From contig JACPMK010000002.1 in the NCBI GenBank assembly GCA_016186115.1, positions 340,323 to 395,297 on the forward strand: a stretch of DNA of 54,975 nucleotides, in the 5' to 3' direction. Positions 1-12,997 of the stretch are shown piece after piece (positions within the stretch are counted from its first letter, which is position 1; the number at the start of each line of letters is the position of its first letter). This DNA comes from Candidatus Wildermuthbacteria bacterium. GTDB lineage: Bacteria > Patescibacteriota > Minisyncoccia > Minisyncoccales > UBA10102. The translations under genes and the position numbers were made by a program. Below the pieces are notes generated by a model. It was not told the origin of the DNA. It was given only the letters and a program-made list of their open reading frames with translations, and did no database searches.

Positions 1-929
1 TCTGTTCTTCCGGCTCCGCTCACTTCTATTGTGGCTTCAATTTTCTGCCGAGGTACAAGAACGGAATAGCTAACGAGCTTCAAAGTACGACTTGTGCCGT
101 CTTGAAGCGTATAGGTGTAACTTTCCCCTACTGCCAAATCAACTTTAGTTGGCCATCCTGATACACTGGGCGTCGGTGTTGGAGTTGGCGTAGGAGTTGG
201 TGTAGGTGTTGGGGTTGGGGTCGAGCTCGGCGTGGGAGTCGGAGTCGATGTCGGTGTTGGTGTTGGTGTTGGAGTAGGTGTGGGGGTTGGCGTAGGGGTT
301 GGCGTTGGAGATGCTCCGTCGGTTGTATACTCAATATGAAGCTTCGCAGCTTTGGTAGCATCCAAATCATAACTTGCCCATTCATGATATTCCCCTTGAA
401 CACCGCCAGTCCCATTTTCCAAAAGCACAATAGAATTTATTGCGCCATACGTGTCCACCAATTCCTGAACTCCCGCTACAAGAGAGGGACTCTGAATCCA
501 ATTGTTGGGATCTTGCGGACCCCAGTTCCAGTTTAATTGGAATGTTGTTTTGCTCGCCCAGCGATGATACGGAGAAGATCCCGAAGAAAATGTTGCAGGG
601 CTTGCCGATTTCTCAAGGGCAAGTACAGTTGGCGCATTGTAGCCCCAATTCTGTTGATTAAACTCTACGTAAGCAGCGGTAATGGTTGCACCAGCAGGAA
701 TAGTAAGATTTGTCCAGCGCCAGCCACCCCACGAAGGATTACTCTCTTGAGGAATGCCAGCATAAATATATTCTCCTGTACCGCTATACCCAAGCCATCC
801 TGTGGGATACACATGATATGCATCATCGCTGCTTGCAACCACTTGCGCATCCATGACTGCTGCCTGAACAGAAGATGACAAAAAAAAGATTCCGCTGAAT
901 AGCCAGACCGATAAAAGTAAAAATTTCAT
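1..929 (-). CDS. Secreted surface protein, 3'-partial: signal peptide, DNRLRE/CBM96-like domain, Pro/Thr linker
   Basis: Not in ORF track; I translated it from ATG 929, which overlaps the upstream TGA (ATGA). Reads [38 protein letters not shown]...[23 protein letters not shown]...AAKLHIEY, then (PT)n, and stays open to the window edge. Confidence 0.8.
   Translation of the reverse strand, partial: MKFLLLSVWLFSGIFFLSSSVQAAVMDAQVVASSDDAYHVYPTGWLGYSGTGEYIYAGIPQESNPSWGGWRWTNLTIPAGATITAAYVEFNQQNWGYNAPTVLALEKSASPATFSSGSSPYHRWASKTTFQLNWNWGPQDPNNWIQSPSLVAGVQELVDTYGAINSIVLLENGTGGVQGEYHEWASYDLDATKAAKLHIEYTTDGASPTPTPTPTPTPTPTPTPTPTSTPTPTPSSTPTPTPTPTPTPTPTPTPSVSGWPTKVDLAVGESYTYTLQDGTSRTLKLVSYSVLVPRQKIEATIEVSGAGRT
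168..310 (-). repeat. Pro-Thr dipeptide coding repeat (linker)
   Basis: Degenerate 6-nt CCNACN repeats on the minus strand. Confidence 0.9.
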
Positions 930-1537
930 TCTTTTGATGTTTGAATTTTCCGTCGGAATACAAAGAAAAGAAGCACGGCAACAAGCGCAAACAGAAAGAG
1001 TATTCCTATTGTTATTTTTTCTTTGGTGAAATCAGCAGAAAAATTCTCTGGTAAAAAAGAAGCAAGAGATTGATTTCTTTTTCGCGGTGAATCATCAACT
1101 GCCAAAATATTTTTATCTTGCGGCGTTAAAGCCAATGAAGAAGGATCAACTGTAAACAATGCCGCCCCTGTTCCAATCTTCTTAAAATTAACTTTTGCGA
1201 TATGTGCGTCACCCTGAACACCGGGGGTAGGAGCCGATGCCTGAAGCCTAATAAGTCCTGTCCCATCTTCAAGAGAAGATGCCTCTTCCCACCAGTAAGG
1301 AAAATTGCTTTTATTTCTATTGATACTTTCCACTTCAACAAGAGATGGATCGAAATAAATGTAGGCCTTCACCGAAAGGATCGATTCTTCGGTTTTCAAT
1401 TCGATACTGGCTTCAAATTCATCCCCTACTGTCATTGAGGATTGATCCGGGGCATCAATAATAAACTGCGCTTCTTTTGCAAAAGCAGAATTCCACGGAA
1501 CAAAAATCAGTACGATTAATAAAAAAATAATTTGCAT
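926..1537 (-). CDS. Cohesin-like domain protein with signal peptide and C-terminal TM anchor
   Basis: [38 protein letters not shown] pattern is typical of cohesin folds; hydrophobic N- and C-terminal helices, then RRK. Confidence 0.7.
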   Translation of the reverse strand: MQIIFLLIVLIFVPWNSAFAKEAQFIIDAPDQSSMTVGDEFEASIELKTEESILSVKAYIYFDPSLVEVESINRNKSNFPYWWEEASSLEDGTGLIRLQASAPTPGVQGDAHIAKVNFKKIGTGAALFTVDPSSLALTPQDKNILAVDDSPRKRNQSLASFLPENFSADFTKEKITIGILFLFALVAVLLFFVFRRKIQTSKE

Positions 1538-1658
1538 ACCATTCCAAGCTTCTACTGAAAGGCTTATACTATTATACTCCTTTTTACGAGACTGTTGTCA
1601 ATATGAAAATTGTGCAAAACATTACTTGAGAAATAGAATCGCGATATTTTTTAAATTT

Positions 1659-1699
1659 TAAAAAAAAATCGCAGAAGATAGGGTTCTTATCCTCTGCGA
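1659..1699 (-). terminator. Intrinsic terminator after the TPR gene
   Basis: Imperfect stem tcgcaga-agatagg/cttatcc-tctgcga followed by a U-run on the minus strand. Confidence 0.6.
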
Positions 1700-1775
1700 A
1701 CTATAAAGATAGGGCGTTGCCGCGAAATTTCTCCAAATAAGCTCGAGGACTATATCGGATAGCATGTACCCCCCT

Positions 1776-4118
1776 CTATCGGCTCTCTGATGATTCCTTT
1801 GATTTTTGTATTTCCGGAGGATTCTCTACAATGGGTGGCTGCTCTTGTCGCGCAATGCCATCCAGAGCAGGACGGCCTATACTCAAATTTTGGAGAATTT
1901 TTTTAACTTCCTGATTATCCGGATTGGATTGGGCCACAGCAGAAAACTCTTCCCTTGCTTTATCCTTTTGGCCGAGACGATCATATACTAATCCAAGCAT
2001 ATACCGGGCATTGGCATAATCGGCATTAATGCCTTTTGCCCTTTCAAAAGTAGCTCTTGCCTTTTCAAATTCTCCTTTTTTCCAATACGCCACCCCGAGC
2101 TGAAAGACAATTCCAATATCATTGGGGTCGCTTGTTCTTGCCTGCTCGAGCGATGCAATGGCTTCATCGCTTTTCCCTTGCTGATCCAATGCCACCGCAA
2201 GAAGATAATGCGCTGAAGCATAAGAGGATTCCAAGTCAATTGCCTTTCTCAAGTTCTCAACGGCATTTGCCAAATAGGTGTTGCGCTGTTCTTCCAATTT
2301 TTTGTCAGATGACATTTGTTGGGCCGCAAGAATATATACGCGAGCCAATTCGGTCCAACTGTAAGGAGAAGATGGTTCGAGTTTTTTCGCCCGCTCATAG
2401 CTTTCGATTGCAAAGATATCGGCATTCTGAATTGATAAAATATTCCGGAAGAGATAGCCACGCACATTCCAGTTGGCAACATTCGCTGGTACTTTCTCAA
2501 CGGCATTTCTTGTGGCATCGGTTGCCTTTTCAAGAGCGGCGTTGATTTGCCGCTGTTTTTCGTCTGCGGAAAGATCGCTGTTTGCCGCAATCTGATTAAT
2601 TCGCGAGAGATAGAGTTGAGCAAGATCTCTCAAATAATTATCTTGAGAAGCATTGAGAGAAGCGGCCTTTGCAACATACGAAATCGCTTTCTCTATATTC
2701 ATATCGCGCGCCTCTTGAAGTCCTTTCGCGTACAGAATCTCTGCACGATACTGCTGTCCCGTAATGAAAAGAAGTCCGAATCCGAAGATGGCCACAAATA
2801 AAAAGAAAAAGGAAAAAATAGGAGAAAGCACCGGAGAGGAACTAAAAGACAGTGTCCATTCTCCCCTGCTTGTCAGCCATGCAAATGATGCGAGAAGAAT
2901 CCAAAAAAGAAACCAAAGAAGAAAATTCGCCGGATACAAAAATTGAGCAACAATAAGTGCGGTAAACGAAGAAAACACTCCAAGAGTCATCATCCAAGAG
3001 TCGCCCCCCGAAGAAGCGATAAGTTTTCGTATCCCCACCCAAAGCACCGCAACAAAAAGAAAAAGAAGTGTCGCGCCGCCAACTACACCTTTTGTTGTAA
3101 CCCAGTCCAGAACTTCAGAAGCGCCGCTCGTCAAACGCAGCCCCCAGAATACTTTCTTATTGACTTCTGGAGAATGAAATTGCGAATAATCATACACAAA
3201 AGTTCCGGGACCCGATCCAAAGAGCATATGCTCCTTCAGGGCGCTCTGCGCGATCTCAATGCCATACTTTTGAGCAAGCACCGGCTCTCTTGGAATAGAC
3301 GGAATTCCCGGGATCGAGAAATGAAAAATTGCAAAGAACAACGCAACAATTAAAAAAGCTATTGGGAAAGAAATCCATTCAAATCCAGCATGCTTTCTGA
3401 CGTCCATCATGCCGAATCCCAAAAGTAAGACCAGTCCTATACTCAATACAACCCATGCCGCAAAAAGATTAACGAGTGCTACCCCCGCGAAAAGAACAAA
3501 AGAAATCCCAAGGAACAGCCATCGCATGCGAGATTGGAAATGAAATGCTAAGGCGAGGGCTAAGGGCGTCAGAATTGCTGCAACAAGGGCCCCAATGCTC
3601 AAGAGGCCAATGGTATTGAAAAGCGGATTCTGGGCAAAGGAAAAGGGAAGCGCAAAAATATGAAAGAACTGGAGCATCGCGAAAACCATTGCGATACCCA
3701 CTGATAAAAGAAGAATAAAAAGAAGAATCGCAAGCTGTTTTTGCTCTGAAATACTTTGTACCAAAAGGAAATATAAAAAGAAAAATGCGAGGAACGAAAA
3801 AAGCCCTTCTGCAACATCCAGAGGAAGCCCCCAAAAACTTCCGGAAGGGAAAAGAGAAAATACGGTTGATATGCCCACTGCAACCAACAAAAGGAGAACG
3901 GGGATATGAAGGAAATTCAAGCGAAACTGCACTTTTCTTTTTTGAATGGCGCGAATAAACCAAAGCACAACTCCAAGAAATGCAAGACCAACCAATACTA
4001 TCTGCTTCTGGTACTCAAGCATATCTTGAGTAAAAGGAAGAGACCACAAGGGCAAGAGTAGGGTTAAAAGATATACAATTCCTCTCGGGAGACGATCGAA
4101 AAATACGGCTGCTTTCAT
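1776..4118 (-). CDS. O-antigen ligase (Wzy_C)-like polytopic membrane protein with C-terminal TPR repeats
   Basis: About 13 TM helices, FGSGPGTF loop motif, then TPRs (AHYLLAVALDQQGKSDEA, ARYMLGLVYDRLG). Confidence 0.75.
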   Translation of the reverse strand: MKAAVFFDRLPRGIVYLLTLLLPLWSLPFTQDMLEYQKQIVLVGLAFLGVVLWFIRAIQKRKVQFRLNFLHIPVLLLLVAVGISTVFSLFPSGSFWGLPLDVAEGLFSFLAFFFLYFLLVQSISEQKQLAILLFILLLSVGIAMVFAMLQFFHIFALPFSFAQNPLFNTIGLLSIGALVAAILTPLALALAFHFQSRMRWLFLGISFVLFAGVALVNLFAAWVVLSIGLVLLLGFGMMDVRKHAGFEWISFPIAFLIVALFFAIFHFSIPGIPSIPREPVLAQKYGIEIAQSALKEHMLFGSGPGTFVYDYSQFHSPEVNKKVFWGLRLTSGASEVLDWVTTKGVVGGATLLFLFVAVLWVGIRKLIASSGGDSWMMTLGVFSSFTALIVAQFLYPANFLLWFLFWILLASFAWLTSRGEWTLSFSSSPVLSPIFSFFFLFVAIFGFGLLFITGQQYRAEILYAKGLQEARDMNIEKAISYVAKAASLNASQDNYLRDLAQLYLSRINQIAANSDLSADEKQRQINAALEKATDATRNAVEKVPANVANWNVRGYLFRNILSIQNADIFAIESYERAKKLEPSSPYSWTELARVYILAAQQMSSDKKLEEQRNTYLANAVENLRKAIDLESSYASAHYLLAVALDQQGKSDEAIASLEQARTSDPNDIGIVFQLGVAYWKKGEFEKARATFERAKGINADYANARYMLGLVYDRLGQKDKAREEFSAVAQSNPDNQEVKKILQNLSIGRPALDGIARQEQPPIVENPPEIQKSKESSESR

Positions 4119-4144
4119 AATTACTTCTTGATTACTTTTTGAGA

Positions 4145-7100
4145 TTACTGATTATGAAGATCCGGAGATGATACTTCTTGCGCTGGGCTGGGTCCGCCAG
4201 CTGGTGGAGCAGTTGGTTCTGGAATTGGTTCTAGCGTTGGTTCAACTGATGGAGTAGGGCTGACTTCTGGTGTTGGGACTGGCATAGATATGGAGGTAGG
4301 CGTGGGTGCAGGTTCCTCGACTGGTGAAGGCGCGGGAGTTGGGGTTGGTACAGAAGTTGGGCTTGGAGTAATAGTGGGCGATGGCATGGGAGTTGACTCA
4401 AGAGTTGCCTCTGGCGTTGGGGCTGGCGCAGGCGTAATGGTCGGTTCCTCGACTGGGGAAGACGTGGGGGTTGGATTTGCGGCATTGTCGGCTGGTTCCT
4501 CGTCCTCTTGGGCCGGCTCTTCTATCGGAGGAGTTGACGTAGGGATTGGAGTCGGAGTTGGGGTTACTTCAGGAGTCGGCTCTGGCGTCGGCTGGTTTTC
4601 TTCGTGATACACGGGAACCTGATCCACCACAATGGGCTGGCCATTGAGATATTGAACCTTATCGCATTCTCCGCGGACTTTTCTCCATTCTCCATTTTCA
4701 ATCCACGTGCAGTAGGCCTCTCCTGTCGCGCTGTCAACCATTTCTAATTTTTCTATTTTTGCGGTCTTTACGGATATTCTATCGAATAGCCACTCCCCTG
4801 CTGTTTGAATGCTGCCGGTAAAACTCGCAATAGTTTGTTTGATATTCTCATTGAAACTCCCAAGAAATGCTCCGAAAAGATTTTCTTTATTTTCTTGCTG
4901 CTTTGTATCTTGAAACAATGCTGCGGTATCCATTGATCCCAATGACCAGTGAGGATTTACAAATATAAGCACTTTGCCGTCTATGCTCTTTTCGTCATAG
5001 GGCTCTAGCGCAATTCCAATCACTCTGCCCGGTTGTGTTGCCTTCATTGCAACTCCGGGTGTTGAGGAAGACGTAAGATAATCGCCTGCTGCAATAGACC
5101 CGTTCTCCAAAGAAACCTTCACTTTTACGCGGCCGTTCAGAGCAACTGGCAAAGGACTATCTTCGGTTTTAATATTATACCCAATGCTGTTAAAATCGCC
5201 TGCATCGCTGGGATTCGAAATAACGCCAATAATATTTTGTTGATACGCTTCCGAGCTTTTCACGAGTTTTGCAAGCTGACTACCGGTCGTAGTTGTCGTG
5301 AGATCCTGCCCCGGCGCTATAACATCGCCTGGTTCCACTCCTTCTCTTGTTGCATACATTTCCATATAGTCAGCAGTTACCGAACCCACGCAATCCTGAA
5401 TCTGCGAGGCGCCAGAAGCATCCCAGCACAACGCATTGGTATAGCTGCCCCCGGTGCCGAACACCGCGGTAATATTTCCATCCGAATCCACGCTGAATAC
5501 TTCGGCAGGGGCAGAATCAAGTATCTGAAACTTGCTCGCTCCTGCCGCATCAAGCAATTGAATAGAGCTATTACCAGAAGCTCCCGACATATCGATAGAC
5601 ATATAGGTAACACTGCTTTTTGAAAGTTCGAACTTGGTAGGAGCATCAATCACGAGATATGGCTCTCCGCTTTCGGAGACAACAGCAAAATCAATTTCTC
5701 CGGCAAGAGCACCTGAGAGCAAAGTCAACGCAGGAAATGCCACCGTAGTGCCCGGCGTTACAATACGTACTCCCCCATCGCTTCCTGTTCCATTGAATAC
5801 CCAGCCGCCAGCAACCGAAGTTGAAAAATCCGAAGTGCTGGTATTGGGAATGTAAGGGCCGGGAGACGATGCCTGCTCAAACTGTGCACCCCATGCATAA
5901 AAAGAATCGTCTGCAGTTGAGCTCGCGTTAATATTTAAAGTCATCTGGGTGGTGCCCGTAGAACCAGTGTGCGTAACCCAATATCTTCTCCAGTTTGTGG
6001 GAAGAGTAATTGTAGTTGTAGTTGTGGCAGGGCTACTCCCATTATCAGTAAGATCAATGGAAATCGTTGTTCCGGCAGCCACGTTGTTATTTTTAATCCA
6101 TATACTGAATGTCCATGTTTCTGAAGCATCGGCATCGGTTTCGATTTGAGAAGCAGTTCCGTTGGCAGAAGTATGATTCACTCTATCTGCGTATAGCATG
6201 CCATTTGGAGCAGCGATTGCATTATTAGTTACCGTAACCCCAGTAAGAGTCCAGCTTCCAATTGCTTCGCTGTTGTTTGCCTGATTCTCCAGTCGCCCGA
6301 ATCCGCCAAGGGGAGTCATGAGAGTGCCGCCGTGCATGAGAAAATCGTTGGTGTCGGCAAGCGTAAGTTCAACTTCTGGGTTCGTTGTTCCAATTCCCAC
6401 ATTGCCTCCGAAATAAGAATCTCCGGCATTCACCGCAAGCGACAAGGCATCAGTAATGGTCACTGATCCTCCCGCGCTTGGCGCACCCGCAATGGTCAGG
6501 GTTGCTGCCTTGTCCACGGTTACCGAAGAAGAATCTGTAATCGTTGGGACGTTAATCAATATGGAATCCATCTGGCTTGTCACCTGTGTGGTGCCGGTAA
6601 GAGTGATGGTAGGTGGGGTGACTGTCAATGTCGTATATTCTGCGCCTGCAGCAGAAGCAATGGTGGGGGCTGTTCCTGCCTTAAGCGTTAAGGCAGAGAC
6701 CGCTGACGTAGCTGTCCTTGTATCTAAAACGAAGTATGCATTTGTGCCATCGGTGATATCAAGGGCTGCAGCAGTGTTGGAAGCTGTAATAATATCAAGT
6801 GCGGCTCCCGAAAATGTGAGGTTGCCAGTAAGCGTGAGGCCCGTAAACTGCGGAGATGCACTTGTTCGAATATCCTGAATCGTATCGAGTGTAGTCGTGG
6901 TGATAGCAATACTATTCCCCGGAGCCAACCACGTTACTGCGCTTTCGCTATCATCCCAGAAAAGAATCCTATCCGCATTAGGATCGGTCAATGAGGCGCC
7001 AGTTCCACCATCAGCCAATGCAACATCGGTTCCACCTGCACGATACACATAATTTCCGCCAATTGTAACTGCTGTAGGAATATCAGTAGCAATAGAAGGA

Positions 7101-9625
7101 ATGCCTGTTGCCCCAGTTACCAATATTCCGTTATTGCCAGTAGTCAAACCGCTGACAGTATTTGCTGCAGAAGAATAAAGAATTTGATTAATGGTAGTAG
7201 TTGCGGGGTAGGTCGCAGTTGACCACGAGGGAGCTGCACTTGAACCAGATAACAAAACTTGATTGGCGGTAGCAGTTCCCGAAAGAATTGCCAGGGCTGA
7301 AGCTCCGGAATAGACAATGCCACCGGTTGAAGCGGTTAAGGCCGCTCCCGTACCTCCATTGCCAAGGGTTAATGCAGAAGAAAGGGTGAGGGCTGCAAAA
7401 GTTGGAGAAGAAGTTGTAAGCACGTTTTGGTCCATGTCATACAACTCATTCGCGCCCTGACCAGTATCAATGGTAGCAAAGGTTACAGCAGCTGTGGTCT
7501 TTACTGACTGATCAAACCAGTCGTTAAGAGTAACATCTCCGTTAATGGTGATAGTTCTCGCGGCATCTCCTGTGGTTATTGTAAGATTGCGGTCGGCAGT
7601 TAAGTTAGAACCGGGGACAATTACCAAATCATGGGATGCGTCGGTATCCAAAATATGAAGACCGGCATTGAGAGCAGTGACGATAGCATTGTCAATGGAA
7701 AACGTGGGCGTGTTCCCTGCGGTCAATGTTACGAACGTGGTGTAGGCTGCTCCATCAACATCGTATGCCTGCAATACAAGGGTGTTATCGACAGATGTGC
7801 TGGTGCGCAACGCCCCGGCTGTGCCCAATGTAAGGTTCCCAAAAGTAACCGAGGAAGATGTCGCGATGCTTTGTGGCAAGGAAAGGGTTACGTTTCCGTT
7901 AGCTCCCCCGTCGGTAACAGTAATTTGATTTGCTGTTCCTGTCAGAATACGTTCGGCAGAAAGGGTTGAATCTGCAGCGAGTAACACGTATTGGGCATCT
8001 GTTGGAGCTCCTCCTGAAGCCGAAACCGTTGTCCAACTCAAAGTTCCAGAACCATTTGTCGTCAAAACCTGGTTGCTCGTGCCGTCAGCGCTCGGCAGAG
8101 TCCAAATCACATTGCTGGCAATGGAATCAGGGGCCTTAAACCCGATATAATTTGTCCCATTGGCTGCAAGCTCGAGAAGTCGCACCTCTCCAGTATTGCC
8201 TGTGGAAGTGCTGAAGGGATCAATCTGCAACGCAGCGGCAGCTGATGGCGTCAGATGCAGTAAACTGCTCGGACTTGCATTTCCAATCCCAATTCTGTTG
8301 TTGGAAGCGTCTATATATAATGTATTGGAGTCGATGTTGAGGGAATTTTGGAGAGAGACCGTTGAGGCATTAATGGTGATCGAATCTGCTGCTGCGTCGC
8401 CAAGAGTCGTAGTCCCAGTACTGCTTATGCCAGCCGCTGAAACGCTTCCCGAAGTGCTGATATTACCAGCATTGCTCACCGTGAGATTTCCACTCCCGAT
8501 ATTCAAAGAAGCGAAATTCCCCGCTATATCCAATTTTGTGTTCGGAACATCTGCTATTGCAAAAGAACCCAAACTAAATCCTCCTCCTGCTCCCTGCTCA
8601 CCCGTTGGCCCTTGTGGTCCCACTGCTCCCTGCGGCCCCTGTTGCCCCGCCGGTCCTTGCGGGCCTTGAGGGCCTGCCGGGCCTTGTGGCCCCGGCACTC
8701 GTTGCATAATTTTTATTTCTGCCATCTCTCCTTCTAGGGTACTAATCTTTTGCTCAAGTGTGCTTGGGGAAACAGTTGGTATAGGAGTAGATATAAAAGT
8801 GGGGGTAGGCGTTGTGTCGACGGCTATCCTTTGCGCAATTTGTTTTTGTTTTATAGAAGTAGCAGAAGGAGAAGGTCTAGAAACAGATGCGGTATTTGGC
8901 GAAAAAGCATTTTGAAATTTTTGACTTGCTTTGTGAACAAGATCACCAACTGATCCCACTAATGTATAATTACCAGAAGAAATACTAGCAATATTGGCTT
9001 GCGCATTATCATCAAGTTGCTGGACAATTGTATTTGCTGAACGAGCAAAATGCGCTGCGTATTTTTCAGTGTTCTTTCCAAATTTTTGCACTACGTCATT
9101 GAGTACTTGCGCCACATCTAACGTGGCTCGTACGATTTGTCTTGAGTAATCATATGTTTGAAAAAGCACATTTCCTGCTTCCTGCGGCGTTGGAACAACT
9201 GCATTAATCGAACTCCAGTTAAATTTTGTAGCTCCGGCGCCCATGCCGACAAATACCAAGAATACCAGAGAAGTAATTCCAATTCGCAATAATTTTGCAA
9301 AATCCATTATTGTGCCGCGAGACAGTGGAGTATTTTCTTTCTGTTCTTTTGGAATTGCTAAAGTTTCTGTGGGGAGATTTTCTGGAGGAGGAGCGAGCTT
9401 TAAAATTTTTGGAGTGATTGGTTTTTGAAGTTGTTTTTCCTCTAGCTCTTTTTTATAACCCTCTGCTTTTTGAATGTACTCAAGAAGCCATTCCTTTGTC
9501 GTAAACCATGTCTTGCCTTTTTTTATTGCGTTCAATTTTCCTTGTCTTGCGCGCAAACTCAAATACTCTTGCGAGTAGTCGCAATATTGGGTTGCCTGCT
9601 GAAGAGAGATATGCATTTCTTCCAT
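4145..9625 (-). CDS. Giant surface fibre protein: N-terminal HTH-like domain, TM, collagen repeat, tail-fibre-like repeats, peptidase G2-like chaperone domain, Pro/Thr/Glu tail
   Basis: 1833-aa ORF; likely start is ATG 9625 (track start 9646). Motifs: ISLQQAT..YSQEYLSLRARQGKLNAIKKGKTW; (GXY)11; GIGTTNP; DYMEMY..PGDVI..VALNGRVKVKV..GDYLTSSSTPGVAMKA. Confidence 0.8.
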   Translation of the reverse strand: MEEMHISLQQATQYCDYSQEYLSLRARQGKLNAIKKGKTWFTTKEWLLEYIQKAEGYKKELEEKQLQKPITPKILKLAPPPENLPTETLAIPKEQKENTPLSRGTIMDFAKLLRIGITSLVFLVFVGMGAGATKFNWSSINAVVPTPQEAGNVLFQTYDYSRQIVRATLDVAQVLNDVVQKFGKNTEKYAAHFARSANTIVQQLDDNAQANIASISSGNYTLVGSVGDLVHKASQKFQNAFSPNTASVSRPSPSATSIKQKQIAQRIAVDTTPTPTFISTPIPTVSPSTLEQKISTLEGEMAEIKIMQRVPGPQGPAGPQGPQGPAGQQGPQGAVGPQGPTGEQGAGGGFSLGSFAIADVPNTKLDIAGNFASLNIGSGNLTVSNAGNISTSGSVSAAGISSTGTTTLGDAAADSITINASTVSLQNSLNIDSNTLYIDASNNRIGIGNASPSSLLHLTPSAAAALQIDPFSTSTGNTGEVRLLELAANGTNYIGFKAPDSIASNVIWTLPSADGTSNQVLTTNGSGTLSWTTVSASGGAPTDAQYVLLAADSTLSAERILTGTANQITVTDGGANGNVTLSLPQSIATSSSVTFGNLTLGTAGALRTSTSVDNTLVLQAYDVDGAAYTTFVTLTAGNTPTFSIDNAIVTALNAGLHILDTDASHDLVIVPGSNLTADRNLTITTGDAARTITINGDVTLNDWFDQSVKTTAAVTFATIDTGQGANELYDMDQNVLTTSSPTFAALTLSSALTLGNGGTGAALTASTGGIVYSGASALAILSGTATANQVLLSGSSAAPSWSTATYPATTTINQILYSSAANTVSGLTTGNNGILVTGATGIPSIATDIPTAVTIGGNYVYRAGGTDVALADGGTGASLTDPNADRILFWDDSESAVTWLAPGNSIAITTTTLDTIQDIRTSASPQFTGLTLTGNLTFSGAALDIITASNTAAALDITDGTNAYFVLDTRTATSAVSALTLKAGTAPTIASAAGAEYTTLTVTPPTITLTGTTQVTSQMDSILINVPTITDSSSVTVDKAATLTIAGAPSAGGSVTITDALSLAVNAGDSYFGGNVGIGTTNPEVELTLADTNDFLMHGGTLMTPLGGFGRLENQANNSEAIGSWTLTGVTVTNNAIAAPNGMLYADRVNHTSANGTASQIETDADASETWTFSIWIKNNNVAAGTTISIDLTDNGSSPATTTTTITLPTNWRRYWVTHTGSTGTTQMTLNINASSTADDSFYAWGAQFEQASSPGPYIPNTSTSDFSTSVAGGWVFNGTGSDGGVRIVTPGTTVAFPALTLLSGALAGEIDFAVVSESGEPYLVIDAPTKFELSKSSVTYMSIDMSGASGNSSIQLLDAAGASKFQILDSAPAEVFSVDSDGNITAVFGTGGSYTNALCWDASGASQIQDCVGSVTADYMEMYATREGVEPGDVIAPGQDLTTTTTGSQLAKLVKSSEAYQQNIIGVISNPSDAGDFNSIGYNIKTEDSPLPVALNGRVKVKVSLENGSIAAGDYLTSSSTPGVAMKATQPGRVIGIALEPYDEKSIDGKVLIFVNPHWSLGSMDTAALFQDTKQQENKENLFGAFLGSFNENIKQTIASFTGSIQTAGEWLFDRISVKTAKIEKLEMVDSATGEAYCTWIENGEWRKVRGECDKVQYLNGQPIVVDQVPVYHEENQPTPEPTPEVTPTPTPIPTSTPPIEEPAQEDEEPADNAANPTPTSSPVEEPTITPAPAPTPEATLESTPMPSPTITPSPTSVPTPTPAPSPVEEPAPTPTSISMPVPTPEVSPTPSVEPTLEPIPEPTAPPAGGPSPAQEVSSPDLHNQ
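8591..8692 (-). repeat. Collagen-like Gly-X-Y repeat (~11 triplets)
   Basis: GPQGPAGPQGPQGPAGQQGPQGAVGPQGPTGEQG. Confidence 0.95.
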
Positions 9626-9656
9626 AATAAAAACAAAACGATACACCTGTTATTCA

Positions 9657-9703
9657 ATTATCGTAAAAGTAGAGGTAAGAGTCAAACCTCTCCCTGTGTA
9701 TAA
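9657..9703 (-). promoter_or_regulatory. Sigma70-like promoter (TTGACT-17-GATAAT) with upstream DnaA-box-like TTATACACA
   Basis: Minus strand reads ttatacaca gggagaggt TTGACT cttacctctacttttac GATAAT. Confidence 0.5.
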
Positions 9704-9705
9704 CT

Positions 9706-10833
9706 TCAGGGTGTATCGGATAATCTCTCGATCTTATGAATCTTGATGCTCTGAAGAATGCCGAGAGCTATAAAGTTCATCACCAGAGAAGACCCCCCAT
9801 AGCTCACCAATGGCAAAGGAAGTCCGACAATGGGCAAAAGCCCAAGATTCATCCCAATATTAATAAAAATCTGGAAAACAAAAAGTACGGCAAGGCCGGT
9901 AGTAAAAAGTCGGGCAAAATTGTTCTGGACAACAGTTCCAATTTTTAGAATCTGAACGATCAGCAGAAGAAAAAGTGCAAAGAGTATGGATACGCCCAAA
10001 AGTCCGAATTCTTCTGCGATTGCGGCAAATATAAAATCCGTGTGCGGTTCGGAAAGAAATCCATACTGTGTTTGGGTACCTTGGCCAACGCCTTGACCGA
10101 AAATTCCTCCGTTGCCAATTGCAATTTTCGACTGTAACTGGCTCCATCCGATACCCAACGGGTCTAATCCAGGCTCTACAAAGCTTATAATCCTCTGTTT
10201 TTGGTAATCATGGAGAAACCCAACCCATCCGATTGCTGCAATAACTATTGCAATAGCAAGAATAGCTCCTACGTATCGGATAGGAGCCCCAGCCACAAGG
10301 AGAGTGGCTATCCAGAGAGATCCAAGAATTAATACCGATCCCAAATCTGGCTGAAGAAAAACAAGGAGCGTAGGAAGAGTAAAATAAAGCCCCGAAAGAA
10401 TAGTATGGCGTATCCGGTGCGCCTCTGCGTGCCTCAACGCGAAGTATTTCGCCATAAGAATAACAAGCACAAGACGAATATACTCCCTTGGATCAACCGA
10501 TATGCCCCCAATTCGGTACCATCCATGCACTCCCCTGATTTCTGGAACAAAGGGAGTAAAAAGCCCTGCCAGCGCCAGTACCCCGACCAGATAGAAAGCA
10601 AGAATAAGATATGGATTATTTTTCAAAATGCGCCAATCAATAAATGAAATAACAAACATCGCAATTATCCCAATTCCCAAAAAGGTGAGTTGCTTTGCGA
10701 AATTCGAAAAATCTCCTCTGCTCATAGAAGAGCTATATAACGAGAGTAGTCCAAATCCGCAAAGCAATAACGATGAGCCCGCAACGATCCAATCCAAACT
10801 TTTGATTTGTCTAAGAAATTTTTGAATCCCCAT
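9706..10833 (-). CDS. rodA: Rod shape-determining SEDS protein (RodA/FtsW family)
   Basis: QPDLGS, SKIAIGNGG, EPHTDFIFAAIAEEFG, GLPLPLVSYGGSS. Start at ATG 10833 avoids overlap with ligA. Confidence 0.9.
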   Translation of the reverse strand: MGIQKFLRQIKSLDWIVAGSSLLLCGFGLLSLYSSSMSRGDFSNFAKQLTFLGIGIIAMFVISFIDWRILKNNPYLILAFYLVGVLALAGLFTPFVPEIRGVHGWYRIGGISVDPREYIRLVLVILMAKYFALRHAEAHRIRHTILSGLYFTLPTLLVFLQPDLGSVLILGSLWIATLLVAGAPIRYVGAILAIAIVIAAIGWVGFLHDYQKQRIISFVEPGLDPLGIGWSQLQSKIAIGNGGIFGQGVGQGTQTQYGFLSEPHTDFIFAAIAEEFGLLGVSILFALFLLLIVQILKIGTVVQNNFARLFTTGLAVLFVFQIFINIGMNLGLLPIVGLPLPLVSYGGSSLVMNFIALGILQSIKIHKIERLSDTP

Positions 10834-10851
10834 GCAAAAATGTATTGTAGG

Positions 10852-12952
<2,101 letters not shown>

Positions 12953-12997
12953 TTAAGGCTCGCTTTCCAAAGTATAAAGTATAAAGATAAATACTCT

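Noticed and set aside
168..310. Regular repeats as a CRISPR array
   Set aside because: They are codon-level Pro/Thr repeats with no spacers and no cas genes. No CRISPR array was seen anywhere in the window.
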